From Rhynchopus sp. YZ270_cl-10 (Eukaryota): 64,000 nt of DNA. Position 1 is the stretch's first letter. The number at the start of each line of letters is the position of its first letter. The notes below the pieces were generated by a model, which did not search any database, was not told the origin of the DNA, and was given only the letters and a program-made list of their open reading frames with translations. The stretch spans positions 1,302,001 through 1,366,000 of the forward strand of contig OZ037842.1 in the NCBI GenBank assembly GCA_964035575.1, given 5' to 3'. The translations under genes were made by a program, and so were the position numbers. Below, one piece after another: positions 21,313-33,015 of the stretch.

Positions 21313-22259
21313 GGACATGAAACGGGAAACCAGGTCCAAACAGGATGCATCGTGCGCTGTCTAGATCATAAAAACAAATATAAAAACAAACTAAAACTGT
21401 GACAAAATATTTTTTTCGAGAAAACAGAGAAGAAAAAAAGCTACTCATAACGAAGACTCATAATGTGGTGGTCAGCACCAGCGTTTTTTATTTTTTTATT
21501 TTTTTGAGGGGGTGACTAAGCAGTGAGGTTTAGACCATCTTACATTTTTTCTTTTTCCATTGTTGCTTTTAGTTCCTCCTCTGAGGGATTGCCTTTTGGG
21601 GCACAACCCTGTCTTTTGACATGGTGATTTTTTTTACAGAAGAGAAGAAAAAAAAACGAAAACGGGGCCGTAATGTTTTATTTCTTTATTGCGACCATAT
21701 TTCGATGATTTATGAACGGGGAGAGGGTTTTTTTTTTTTTCACTAGCTCTCAGTAGCGTCTCACTGGCTCTCACAGCCTGTTATGTCGGAGAGATCATAT
21801 ATTACCCCACCCTTCAAGGTGTTGATGTGAACATTTTACATAGTAACATCCTGTGAGGCCTAGTTCGTTTGCGAAGCTTTTTGTATTTTTTTTGTGGGAG
21901 TTCTCATTTACTGGCTCCTTTTGTCATATTTTTTATTTTTGTTTTCTGGCCTGCTTTTTCCCCCTCCCCTATTTAGGTGACTAAGCACAAGAGATTAGCT
22001 TCATCTTACCAGGTTTAGGTCTATGAGCACGATATGCACATTCATCTTTTCAACTTTTTCTTCCTCTTTGACGTAGGTTCCCTACCCCTTCCACCCTACG
22101 CTCACTTTCTATTGTAAGCAGTGGGGTCGGGAGAAGGGAGCAACGTGCTTTTCAATGGGGTATTAAAGGCGTGCGCGAGAAGCACATTTTTTTTTTCCAA
22201 GTTTTCTTGTTTATTAAAGTGACTGAGCATCTGAGGCTCAGGTTCGTTGTTACATTTTT

Positions 22260-23217
22260 GGGAAAACCTTTATTCGGCTCACAAAAAGTAATTTTTCCAT
22301 CATTCGGCTCACAAAATAAAATTTTTCCATCATTCTATCAAAGTTACTATAATTTTTCCTTCATTCGGCTCACAAAAGTTAATTTTTCCACCATTCTATC
22401 AATATTTTGCCAATTTTTCCATCATTCTATCAAAGTTTTTTTTTTCACTTTTTCGAAGAAATTTTTGCCGCTGGAAAAAAAAAATTGGGTGGTTTTTTGA
22501 GGAAAAATGGGGTCATTTTTTTTGCATTTTTCGAAAAATTTATAGTTCTAGGGTCACAAATTACACACTGTTTGCTAAACATGCAAAGACAAGTGGTCAC
22601 TGGTGCCGAGTTTAACAGCTTGGATGACCTAAAGGAGACGGTAACGTGGCAGTCCTTCATCCTCCACATTTTTCCTTCCGCGTCTCGAACCGCACAGGCA
22701 CCCGAATGACCCTTGTGTGCCGGTTCCTTATGTGCATGGAGGGTGTGTGCGGTGCAAGACGGTGATGGTTGTCGCATCACCCAGCACGAGCGCACCTGCA
22801 CCTCTGACGATCACCCTGTTGCCAACACAGGAATCGTCGGCGCCGTCGCCTCCCGGACCTGCGATAACGTGAGAAGTGTATCAAACTATGGTGCACATAG
22901 TGTGATTGCTGACATGCGTGACCTTCGCCGCAATAAGTCACCTACGAATTTTCCCTCCCACAACCTATAAAAACGGGCAAAAAATCCTACCCAAAAATTT
23001 TTTCCAGCGGAAATATTTCCTCGAAAAAGTGAAAAAAAAAACTTTGATAGAATGATGGAAAAATTGGCAAAATATTGATAGAATGGTGGAAAAATTAACT
23101 TTTGTGAGCCGAATGAAGGAAAAATTATAGTAACTTTGATAGAATGATGGAAAAATTTTATTTTGTGAGCCGAATGATGGAAAAATTACTTTTTGTGAGC
23201 CGAATAAAGGTTTTCCC
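22260..23217. mobile_element. Non-autonomous Mutator-like element, TIRs of about 230 bp, with a transposase N-terminal remnant
   Basis: GGGAAAACCTTTATTCGGCTCAC..GTGAGCCGAATAAAGGTTTTCCC; perfect 9-bp TSD TACATTTTT (22251-22259, 23218-23226); internal GAEFNSLDDLKE and CAWRVCA peptides. Confidence 0.92.
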
Positions 23218-24108
23218 TACATTTTTTGTTGTTATTCCCCATTCCCATTCAGCATGACACCTACCCTAGCTTGTGTGTCGTGTTGGGCTGCAAAACAAAA
23301 AAGTAACAACGTAAAAAAGTAGAGCACATCCTTGGGTTTCTACACTAATGCAACCAAGTTTTCAAAACAATAATTTGAAATTCATTAGCCTTCGGGTGAC
23401 CCTTGTGTACAGAATCCGTCCTCGGACAGGGTGATTGTCGAAGCTAAAAAAAAAGAAGAAAAAAAACGCACACAACTTTGGGATCGGCATTGAGGTAACA
23501 GAACCAAATGGTAGGCGATTGTCGACCCAAAAAAAAAACCCCCACCCAAAGAGGCCTATTTCTAAAATAGGCCTACAAACCTGTTCAGTCGAGAAACCCA
23601 CCCCACACCCTCCCCTACACACGTTGACTACCAACAGCCTGTAGAGCACACCCCTCTCCCCTACCCAGCTTTTCAAGTATTTAAAACAAAACCCAACTCT
23701 TTTTTTTTTCCACGTGAAAATACACCCCCGTTCTTCCCATTTCACTTAACCGCAAAATATTTTGCGGGTCCTCGCCTTTACACACCTTCCCGAACAAAAA
23801 GCTTCAACTCCTGTGCAAAGCTTTTGGGATCTAGAACCCACCCGCACCCGGGCTGGCTACGACCGTCGTTCAATTTTTACGCACCCGCGCTACACCATGC
23901 TCATGCTCGAACACTATGTTATGCGTGCCAAAATTAGTAACACCTGCTGGGAATGACGTCATCCCCCCTTTCTCCTCTCTCTCTTGCTCTCTCCCATATT
24001 TTTTCCAGACGCATTTTGGTTCTTTACACAACTTCCTCCCCCCTTTTTTGTGTTTTTTGATCTTTCCCCAAATTTTCTTGAAAAAACCTTTTCCGTATCA
24101 GTTGCACA

Positions 24109-25317
24109 ATGGAGATCTTTGTGGACCTTTATGGTGAGACCTGCTGCATTCCTATTGAAGCCGCAGACACCTTGCATGACGCTAAGGTCAAAGCCTGTTC
24201 ACACTTTTCCTTATCAACAGAAGGAGCACGCAAGCTTACTCTTGGACACTACGGAAACACACTGGACAAAGATGCACCACTACACGAGCTTTTGGAGCAC
24301 CAGGCGACGTTGACTGCAGTGCATCGGGGGTACCCTGAGCGGGTTGTCAAGAGGACATCTGATGCATTTGGACAACACGATGGTATAGCACGCAGCACGG
24401 ACCTGCTCTCTGCAAGCATTTCCCCTGCATCGTCCACTATTGTCGCCTCTTTTAAGTCCTGCAGGGCGGTGATCTTGGATGGGGACGAACGGCAGGAGAT
24501 CTCTTCCCTTGCGGGGTGGGTCCGGATTGTGCGCATCACGCAATGTGGAAGGTATGTGGTGACAGCGGCGGCAGGGGACTGTGGGATGCTTCGAGTGTGG
24601 AATGTGGACGGCAGGGAGGTGGCAAGGTTTCTTGCACAGAAGCATGAGGTGAATGACTTCTGTTTGTCTCCGGTGGTGGTGTCTGCGGATGGAACAGAGG
24701 GGTTTCGCGTTGTCAGCGCATCCTCGGAGGAGGGTTGTGTTGCTATGTGGCAGGTTTTCCCTTCAACGGATGTTCACAAACCGGCAGTACTGCTTCACAC
24801 AGAACATCTTCGTAGCCAGCCTCCCGTTCTCTCTGGGTTTACTGCAACGTCGACGGTGCTTGCAGTGTCGCCAGGGTTCTCGACGTTGGTTGTATCGGAG
24901 ACGCTGTCACAGAAGGTTTCGGTCTTCAATGTGGGGTCGGAGATGCGTCTGTCGTCATACCTCTCAGGGCATACGGATGAGGTGTCGTGCATGGCGTTCT
25001 CACAGGATGGTGCCGTGCTTCTCTCTGGAGGGTTAGACAAACTCATTGGTGTATGGGATATGAGTGCAGAGGGAACGTTGTGCAAAGGAATGATGTCTGG
25101 GCACAACGACGCAGTGTCGGGTCTGGCTGTCTCGGAGTGCGGGGAATTTGGCTTCTCGGGGTGTCTTGACGGAACGGTGGGGGTATGGTGTATGAGGGAG
25201 TGTGCAAGCCTCTGTCTCGTCAAAGAGCACTCTGCCCGTATAGTTCAAATCCTGGCGCTCCCTTCGGAGCGTTTCATCTCGTTAGATTGTGCTGGGAATA
25301 TGATCGAGTGGGGGTGA
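24109..25317 (+). CDS. Ubiquitin-like N-terminal domain + WD40 repeat protein
   Basis: GHTDEVSCMAFSQDGAVLLSGGLDKLIGVWD and further WD repeats; the N-terminal 70 aa follow a ubiquitin-fold pattern. Confidence 0.85.
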   Translation: MEIFVDLYGETCCIPIEAADTLHDAKVKACSHFSLSTEGARKLTLGHYGNTLDKDAPLHELLEHQATLTAVHRGYPERVVKRTSDAFGQHDGIARSTDLLSASISPASSTIVASFKSCRAVILDGDERQEISSLAGWVRIVRITQCGRYVVTAAAGDCGMLRVWNVDGREVARFLAQKHEVNDFCLSPVVVSADGTEGFRVVSASSEEGCVAMWQVFPSTDVHKPAVLLHTEHLRSQPPVLSGFTATSTVLAVSPGFSTLVVSETLSQKVSVFNVGSEMRLSSYLSGHTDEVSCMAFSQDGAVLLSGGLDKLIGVWDMSAEGTLCKGMMSGHNDAVSGLAVSECGEFGFSGCLDGTVGVWCMRECASLCLVKEHSARIVQILALPSERFISLDCAGNMIEWG

Positions 25318-25984
25318 AATGAAGTGGAAGCCTGTCTGCAGAGTTGCACCGTATTTTCAAAATTAGGTGTCGTTCGCTTCTTTTACAAGAAGATTGGGAC
25401 GAAAGTAATTTAAAAAAAAGGTGGGCAAAATTGTAGACCCTATGTTACTCACGAAGGTGGGTGGCATAGGTGATTTGTCTAGTGTGAAAAGCTCTTGTTA
25501 TAATATATTATCTTAATGTGGGCAATGTTGTGTTGCCAACTCTATACCTTTCCTCTCAAAGTGCTAGAGATATGCCGAAGCACAAAATAGAAAAAACAGT
25601 TAACTTAACTCTAGTTTTGTCGGTCCAATTAGAGTCTAATGGCCTATTAGGGTTTTATTAGAGTTTCGAAAACTTAACAGTAACTTAACAGTAATAACAA
25701 GAGTGCATCATCCCCTGTTCCCATATTTATCTACGGACCACTTTGTGGGTTTGCGGGTTCACGTCCCACGGCTGGCCAGGGAAGAGATATTCTAGTGGGC
25801 CCCACCCTTTGCATGAGATCGACTGAGATGCGTTTTAGCACGGTTCAACTATTTATCCCTCCCCCCATCTCCCGATCACTATGACACATAAAAACCTTTT
25901 TGTCAGCCTACACAATCCTCCCACCCCATTCGCTTTACACATTTTCTCCTTCCCCTTCCCCCTTCCCGCTTTTCTCCAACAAAA

Positions 25985-26998
25985 ATGCTTCGAGGCTTGT
26001 CTCCCACATCTTCTGTTTATGTAAATGACGAAAGCTCTTTACGATGTGAAGTCCTCCGGGATGTGTCTGAAGGGGACATTAAAGGGTTGGCAAGAAACCG
26101 GGTGATGCTCTGGCAGGATTCTATTGACCAGGATGAGAGTGACAACCCACACACCTTCGAACGGGGTGAGAACGTACAAGGGGACTGGACCTCGCATCTG
26201 TCACTCACCGTTTACATTGTCGGTCAAATTATCGGTTTATGGGTAATATTTACGCGAGAAAACTACCTATCTGTGGCACTCTTCCCCGCAGTACACCATC
26301 CCACACCCCATGTATACTCAGCACCCCATCCGGAACATGCTGCAAGATTGTATATTACACTATCATTTCTTGCCTTAGTCATAATAACAGATTTGTTGTA
26401 TATAAATCTTGTTTATTCCGATCCTGGTTTTGTAGATTGGGAGCAGGTTGAAAAAACGGAGGGCGAATATAAACCGAGGAATACCGATCCGGATATTTAT
26501 TGTGAATATTGTGATGGATCGCGTCCGATGCGGTCGAGACATTGTCATTACTGTAAACGATGCGTTTGTAAGTATGACCACCACTGCTTTTGGATTTATA
26601 ATTGTGTGGGCGCGGGGAACCAGAGGAGGTTTGTGGTGTTGCTGTTTTTGCTGTTTGCGTGCGCAGTGTGGGGGAACCATGCGGTGTGGTGCAGCTACAC
26701 TAGCACAACAGATCCGCAAGCGATAAAGGTGGATGCAGTGCAGGAGAGCAAAAACATCCTCCCTATGGTTGCACACTTCCTCGGAATCCCCTCAATGGTC
26801 TTTATCTTCGTTGTCGCGCTCTGCCAAGTCGCCATTGTAATGACCAACATAACCTCCTACGAATTCAGCAAGCGTGAACGTATCCACTACCTGAAAACCC
26901 TTTCCCCCAACGACCCCTCACCCTTCCACGAAGGAGTCATGACAAACCTGACCACCTTCATAAGTGGAAACGATATTCACAAATATAGCGAAGTTTAG
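25985..26998 (+). CDS. DHHC palmitoyltransferase
   Basis: CEYC..RPMRSRHCHYCKRCVCKYDHHCFWIYNCVG, four hydrophobic segments, TSYE (TTxE-like) and PF..G...NL motifs. Confidence 0.96.
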   Translation: MLRGLSPTSSVYVNDESSLRCEVLRDVSEGDIKGLARNRVMLWQDSIDQDESDNPHTFERGENVQGDWTSHLSLTVYIVGQIIGLWVIFTRENYLSVALFPAVHHPTPHVYSAPHPEHAARLYITLSFLALVIITDLLYINLVYSDPGFVDWEQVEKTEGEYKPRNTDPDIYCEYCDGSRPMRSRHCHYCKRCVCKYDHHCFWIYNCVGAGNQRRFVVLLFLLFACAVWGNHAVWCSYTSTTDPQAIKVDAVQESKNILPMVAHFLGIPSMVFIFVVALCQVAIVMTNITSYEFSKRERIHYLKTLSPNDPSPFHEGVMTNLTTFISGNDIHKYSEV

Positions 26999-27241
26999 TC
27001 TTTTTGGGGGGGGAGAATTAGATAGATTGGCGATACCAATTTTTTTCAATTTTTTTTGGGGGGGTAAAAAAGGGTCTTTGGGCGATGGGGGAGGTCTTTT
27101 TTATATTATGTTCCAGCATGGACCATGCAATAAGCTGAAATTGATACAAATAAAAGCATCAATTCATACTTTATTCTCCCCTTTTTTTCTTCCTCTCCCC
27201 TTCCCCTCCTTCAATTTCCTCAGAAAAATAATACACACGCC

Positions 27242-28483
27242 ATGCCTGCCAAAGCAAAGAGTGGAGGTGGACAGAAAAAGAAGGCGTATGGATCGAAAAA
27301 GAATGTACGTGGAACTATGAAGCGCAGAATCACTGCGGATAAGGGGAAGAAGAAGGACTTTGTGCGGGCAAGCTCGAAGAAGCTGACACCCTGGGAGAAG
27401 GGAGGGGCACGCATCAAGAAGAACAACGACGCGCTCCCTACCGACCCAGCTTTGCTGAAGAAGTATGAAGACAAAATCCCTAAGAGCATGAGACGATTCA
27501 TGCAGTGGATGAACTCTGATGCAAAACGTGAGATGGACGAGCGGGACGCAGCTGCAGCTGGCAAGCCTGCCCCCACCACCTCTACCTCTGTTCTCATTGA
27601 CGACGCCGACGAAAAAGCTGAACAAAAGAAGAAACAAAAGAAGCTGCGACGCTCCAAGCACCTCCCCCCTGTTGCCTCCACTCCCACCCCCACCCCCACC
27701 CCTACCCCCACCGAAGTGGTCACCAAAAAACCCGACCGCATCAACCACGCACGCTCCCTCATGGACCTTGTCGCCGAGGCAAACACTTCCTCTGAGGTGT
27801 TGGTCCCCGATGGGATTGTCTCTTCCGCAGGCAACAACGTGCCGCATAGTACCTACAGTAGAGGGTCCTTCACGACAATGCAGCGGAAGAGAAAGGCAAC
27901 GTCGAGCGGGAAGGCAAATAAAAAGAGAAAAACAGTGGAGGACGATGATATGGAGGATATGGAGATATTGACGGACGATGAGGCGCAGATTAACCTTGCT
28001 GAGGACAATGCGCCGGTGGTAGATTCGCATGACGTTACAAAACCTTTGGATGACCACCAAGAAAAGGTAAACGCAACCGGAATCCACGATTGGTCTCAGC
28101 TCAACGCAAACAAACCCCGATTTGGGGAGCAAGCCCAAGCACCTCCCACCCTCGCAGCGCCAAAGGAGAAGCGTTCCCTCATGCCCGACCACATCAAGCG
28201 CAAATCCCTTCAAGAAATGATGACCCGACTCGCCGAAGGGGGTCCCGCCGAAGTTCACGACAAGGTTATCAAAGAGGCAGGTTCACGTCGTTCAGAAGGC
28301 GAAGACAACTTCCTTGCCATGCAACAAGCTGCAAGAGACCAATACGCTGCCTTCAAGAAAAGGGACTATCAAAAAAAGCAGGCAGAGCTCAAAGCTGCGC
28401 AGGCAAAACCAAAGACACGCTCCGCAAAAAGAAAGGCAAACGCGACCGACCATTCTCGCGAAGTGCGTGATTTTGCGGGGTAG
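27242..28483 (+). CDS. Lysine-rich protein, CCDC137-like
   Basis: 413-aa ORF; IPKSMRRFM and RFGEQAQAPPTL resemble CCDC137-family motifs (from memory). Confidence 0.65.
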   Translation: MPAKAKSGGGQKKKAYGSKKNVRGTMKRRITADKGKKKDFVRASSKKLTPWEKGGARIKKNNDALPTDPALLKKYEDKIPKSMRRFMQWMNSDAKREMDERDAAAAGKPAPTTSTSVLIDDADEKAEQKKKQKKLRRSKHLPPVASTPTPTPTPTPTEVVTKKPDRINHARSLMDLVAEANTSSEVLVPDGIVSSAGNNVPHSTYSRGSFTTMQRKRKATSSGKANKKRKTVEDDDMEDMEILTDDEAQINLAEDNAPVVDSHDVTKPLDDHQEKVNATGIHDWSQLNANKPRFGEQAQAPPTLAAPKEKRSLMPDHIKRKSLQEMMTRLAEGGPAEVHDKVIKEAGSRRSEGEDNFLAMQQAARDQYAAFKKRDYQKKQAELKAAQAKPKTRSAKRKANATDHSREVRDFAG

Positions 28484-28816
28484 AAGAGAGCAGGGAGATG
28501 GGAGAATGGAGAATGGAGCATGGATTATCTTCATGCAACCTGAATTGGATGGGGGGGGATTAGGGATGGAATATCAATTGGTATTAGAAAATCAGGCGGG
28601 GGGGTTGGGAGGGTGGGAGGGGTGGGAGGGTGGGGGGGTCAAAGCATCAAAGTCAGTTGGAGGTAAAGAAAATATTCCTTTTTTGTATTTTGTTGTTGTT
28701 TTCTTTTGAACCAAACACATTATCAACGCAGGAGACACAAAGCAAAGAGTTCTGAATAAGAATTGCTAAAAGTAAGAACAGAATAAAACACATCTAAGTA
28801 GACTTATCTTTCCGAG

Positions 28817-30351
28817 ATGACAGTTGGAACAGTTGTGGACGATGAGGTATGCTGGCCCTTCACCCCTCGCGCGAAGTTCTGTTGTGCTCATGTCCTCATT
28901 AAGTATCACTCCTTCGGGTTGCGGTCTTTGCGAAGGCGTGTGTATCTCAAATAATTCGCTTCATCTTTCAAAAAAACATCTCAACCTTCTTGGGTGACTG
29001 AACATGGCGTAGCAATAACACAAAACGACTGATGAATAAACCAAAGAATAATGTAATCAGACTAAACATGGCGTACCAACATTTCTCTTTTTTTTTGTAA
29101 TTCTATTAGAATCTAAGACCCTACCCACCCCCTTCTGCACAGGAGAGCGTTTACCGCCTCATCCCCGTAGAGGAATCCACAGTCGTGAAGAAGGCGATGT
29201 ACCGTTCCAAGCACAACCACCACGTATGCACACACTAACCCACCCCACGGTCTCAAAATTGACCCTGTTTAGGTGACTAGCCAAGGCTTAGTAGGGGTCG
29301 TCGTACACTTTCTTAAAGGTTCCTAAGTGTAGGTTCATCTGTTTATTTTGTATCAAAACACCTTCGAAAAGGGGTTCACTTCAAACACCCTCCAGGCACC
29401 GCCAAGCTACTCGACCTTCGGCACCACCGGGACAAGCAAACGTGTTGGCAACCCGAGTGGAGGTGACCAAGACTTTGACAGCGGCGGCGGCAAGCACAAG
29501 GCAAAGAAGGCGTTCTCCTCGATAGGCCACAGCGTTGGTGTTGGGGTCACGCCGTCGGGGTTTTTGAAGAAGACAAACCCCTCCCTTCCTGACCCTGCAA
29601 AGTTTTCGCGCAGCGACAATGCGAAGAGGCCGTCTGTTCCGAAATGCACTGACAAGCCTGTCCTGGGTCTGACCACCGACAAAAACTTTGTAGTCTCCAA
29701 CGCAGTAGACACCATCCTCGCACCACCAAAGAACGCAACCCACGAGCAAAAGAACATGACCAGCAAACGCGGCTACGGCAGTGCCCCGAACTACCTGAAG
29801 AAGATCAAAGAGGAGCTGAGCAAAGAGAAGACCATTCAGTCGCAGGCGCAAGAAGCCTCGTCCGCCCCCAAGGACCCACACCTCCGCCTTCTCACAGGGG
29901 AAGAGCGAAAAGCGCTTCTCGCTTCGCTCAAGGCAAAGTGGCACCAGCTGAACCAAAGCTACCAGTCCCTCACCTTCTCCATGGATACTGTGACAAAAGT
30001 AGGTCGCAAGGAGACCCAAGAAACGGAGCTTGACCGTCTTGAGAAAGCCATGAACAAGCTCAGCAGCAAGTATGTGTTTTTTTTAAAGTGTCTTAAGAGC
30101 ACCTTGCAGTGTGTTAGGGTTGTCAAATGAGCGGAGCCCTTGGGTTTTCTTGGGGCGTGTGGGGTGCACGGTTCGCAGGGTTTGTCTGTCCCGCACCTCT
30201 TTCCTTCTTCTTTTATTGTAAAAAAAAAATTGTACCATTTTTGATAACTTCTTACAGACGATGCGTGTTCGTGTATGATGATATATCTGTTGGCTTCGAC
30301 GCCCTCGGCATTGTCGGCTGTGAACCCAGACTTGCAGGGACTTTAAAATAA
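28817..30351 (+). CDS. ENKUR: Enkurin (flagellar); exons 28817-28846, 29143-29223, 29396-30069, 30258-30351
   Basis: ESVYRLIP..YRSKH, KNFVVSNAVDTI, YG.APNYLKKIK, LKAKWHQLNQSYQSL; three GTATG..CAG introns keep frame. Confidence 0.88.
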
Positions 30352-30964
30352 GATGGGAAAATAAAAAGGGAAATTAACAGTTACAAAAAAACCCACCTTT
30401 TTTTTGGTAGCTTTTCTAAGCAAAACCAATGTGGGAGATCACACGACCTTTTTTTTTTCATTTTCCTCTTTCTATTACCAGTGAGTAAAATATACACAAG
30501 CGTTTCGTGGTGAGGAAGCTTGGTTCCACCCACCCCATACCACCCATCCCTTTCTACACTTCTTCGAGGTGGCGAGGGTCTACGCTTTTACACTCTTTTT
30601 TTCTCTTTTTCTCTTCCATTTTTTTGACCCGGTCTCCCTCTTTCCTTTTCTCTTTATGTTTGTGGTCGGGGACGCTTTACTACACAAAAAAAAAAAGGGG
30701 GTGTGCTCAGTTTTTAATTATTTGAGTCTGCGGATGATGCACTGAAAGCTCATAGTTTGGATAGTCGGTTTTTTCGTGATGGCGTAATGTCATAGCGTTG
30801 GCTGTGGGTCAAACATCTTACATCAAGACCACTCTATCAACGATGGTAATGGCACCCTGTGAACTGGAAGGTGTGTCTGTATACGCTGCTAGCTGGACGG
30901 GAGTAAAACCTCCTTGGGGCTACACAACAGAACAGAGCTTCCCTTAGAAGCAACACAGTACACA

Positions 30965-31438
30965 ATGTTGCGTGCCTATGTGGCGATGCTGTGCTTCGTG
31001 TGTGTGAATGCGACACCAACAGGCCTGAAATACCCTTGCAATGGTTGCACAGAACTGAATACTACTACTGGGAACGTGACTTACGCGAATGTCACGGTTT
31101 CCACTCAGGGCGCAGTGTGTTGGCACATTGCGTGCGACAAGGAGGTTGTGGTGACGTTTACCTCCTGGAATATGGACGACACGAATTTGCTCCTTTACGA
31201 ATCGCTCGGGTATGATGACTACTACCATTTGTACGCAACGTTGTACTATTGGGCTGATTTTCCAAAAGGTCCTTATGTGCTGAAGGGTTCGGCGTTTTTG
31301 CAGTTGTATGAACAGTACTCCACGAGACGCTACTCAAGCTTTGCACTCAGCTATGTGTGTCAGAGTGCACCACCACCAACACCGCCTACCACTGATGCTC
31401 TTGCTGTCAAACCAGAACACAAAATCAACCAAACATAG
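30965..31438 (+). CDS. Secreted single-CUB-domain protein, paralog of 9239-11812
   Basis: Signal peptide; LNTTTGNVTY..AVCWHIACDKEVVVTF; shares the 5' leader CAGAGCT..AGAAGCAACACA with the 6xCUB gene; no TM segment. Confidence 0.8.
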   Translation: MLRAYVAMLCFVCVNATPTGLKYPCNGCTELNTTTGNVTYANVTVSTQGAVCWHIACDKEVVVTFTSWNMDDTNLLLYESLGYDDYYHLYATLYYWADFPKGPYVLKGSAFLQLYEQYSTRRYSSFALSYVCQSAPPPTPPTTDALAVKPEHKINQT

Positions 31439-31833
31439 CTGGACACACGCATTTTTGCACACTACGTAAACGTTTTCAAAACTTATGAAGTAAGTAGCTA
31501 ACCACACGTTAGTTATTGCTTGGGCGGTGAGCTACGAAGCCCGGGAGAAAAACAAGCATTTTTATGCTGTTACTTTTACTATTTTCAACCCCTAGGACCT
31601 AAGGTGGCCTTTTTTGGGTTTTCAAAAAGCGTCTCTCCTATGAGAAAGTGATTCCAGTCGGAAGAACGATAAAACGAAAAGGAATGCCTCTCCCCTTTTT
31701 TGGGGGTGGGAAAACATATAGCCAAAGCAATACAGAGGTCACCAACCATTTTTTAACGTTGTTCATTAAGCCCCTCCTGTTTAATCCTTTGCCACCATCA
31801 GACACAACCCATACACAAAAAAGCGCCTTCTAA

Positions 31834-33015
<1,182 letters not shown>

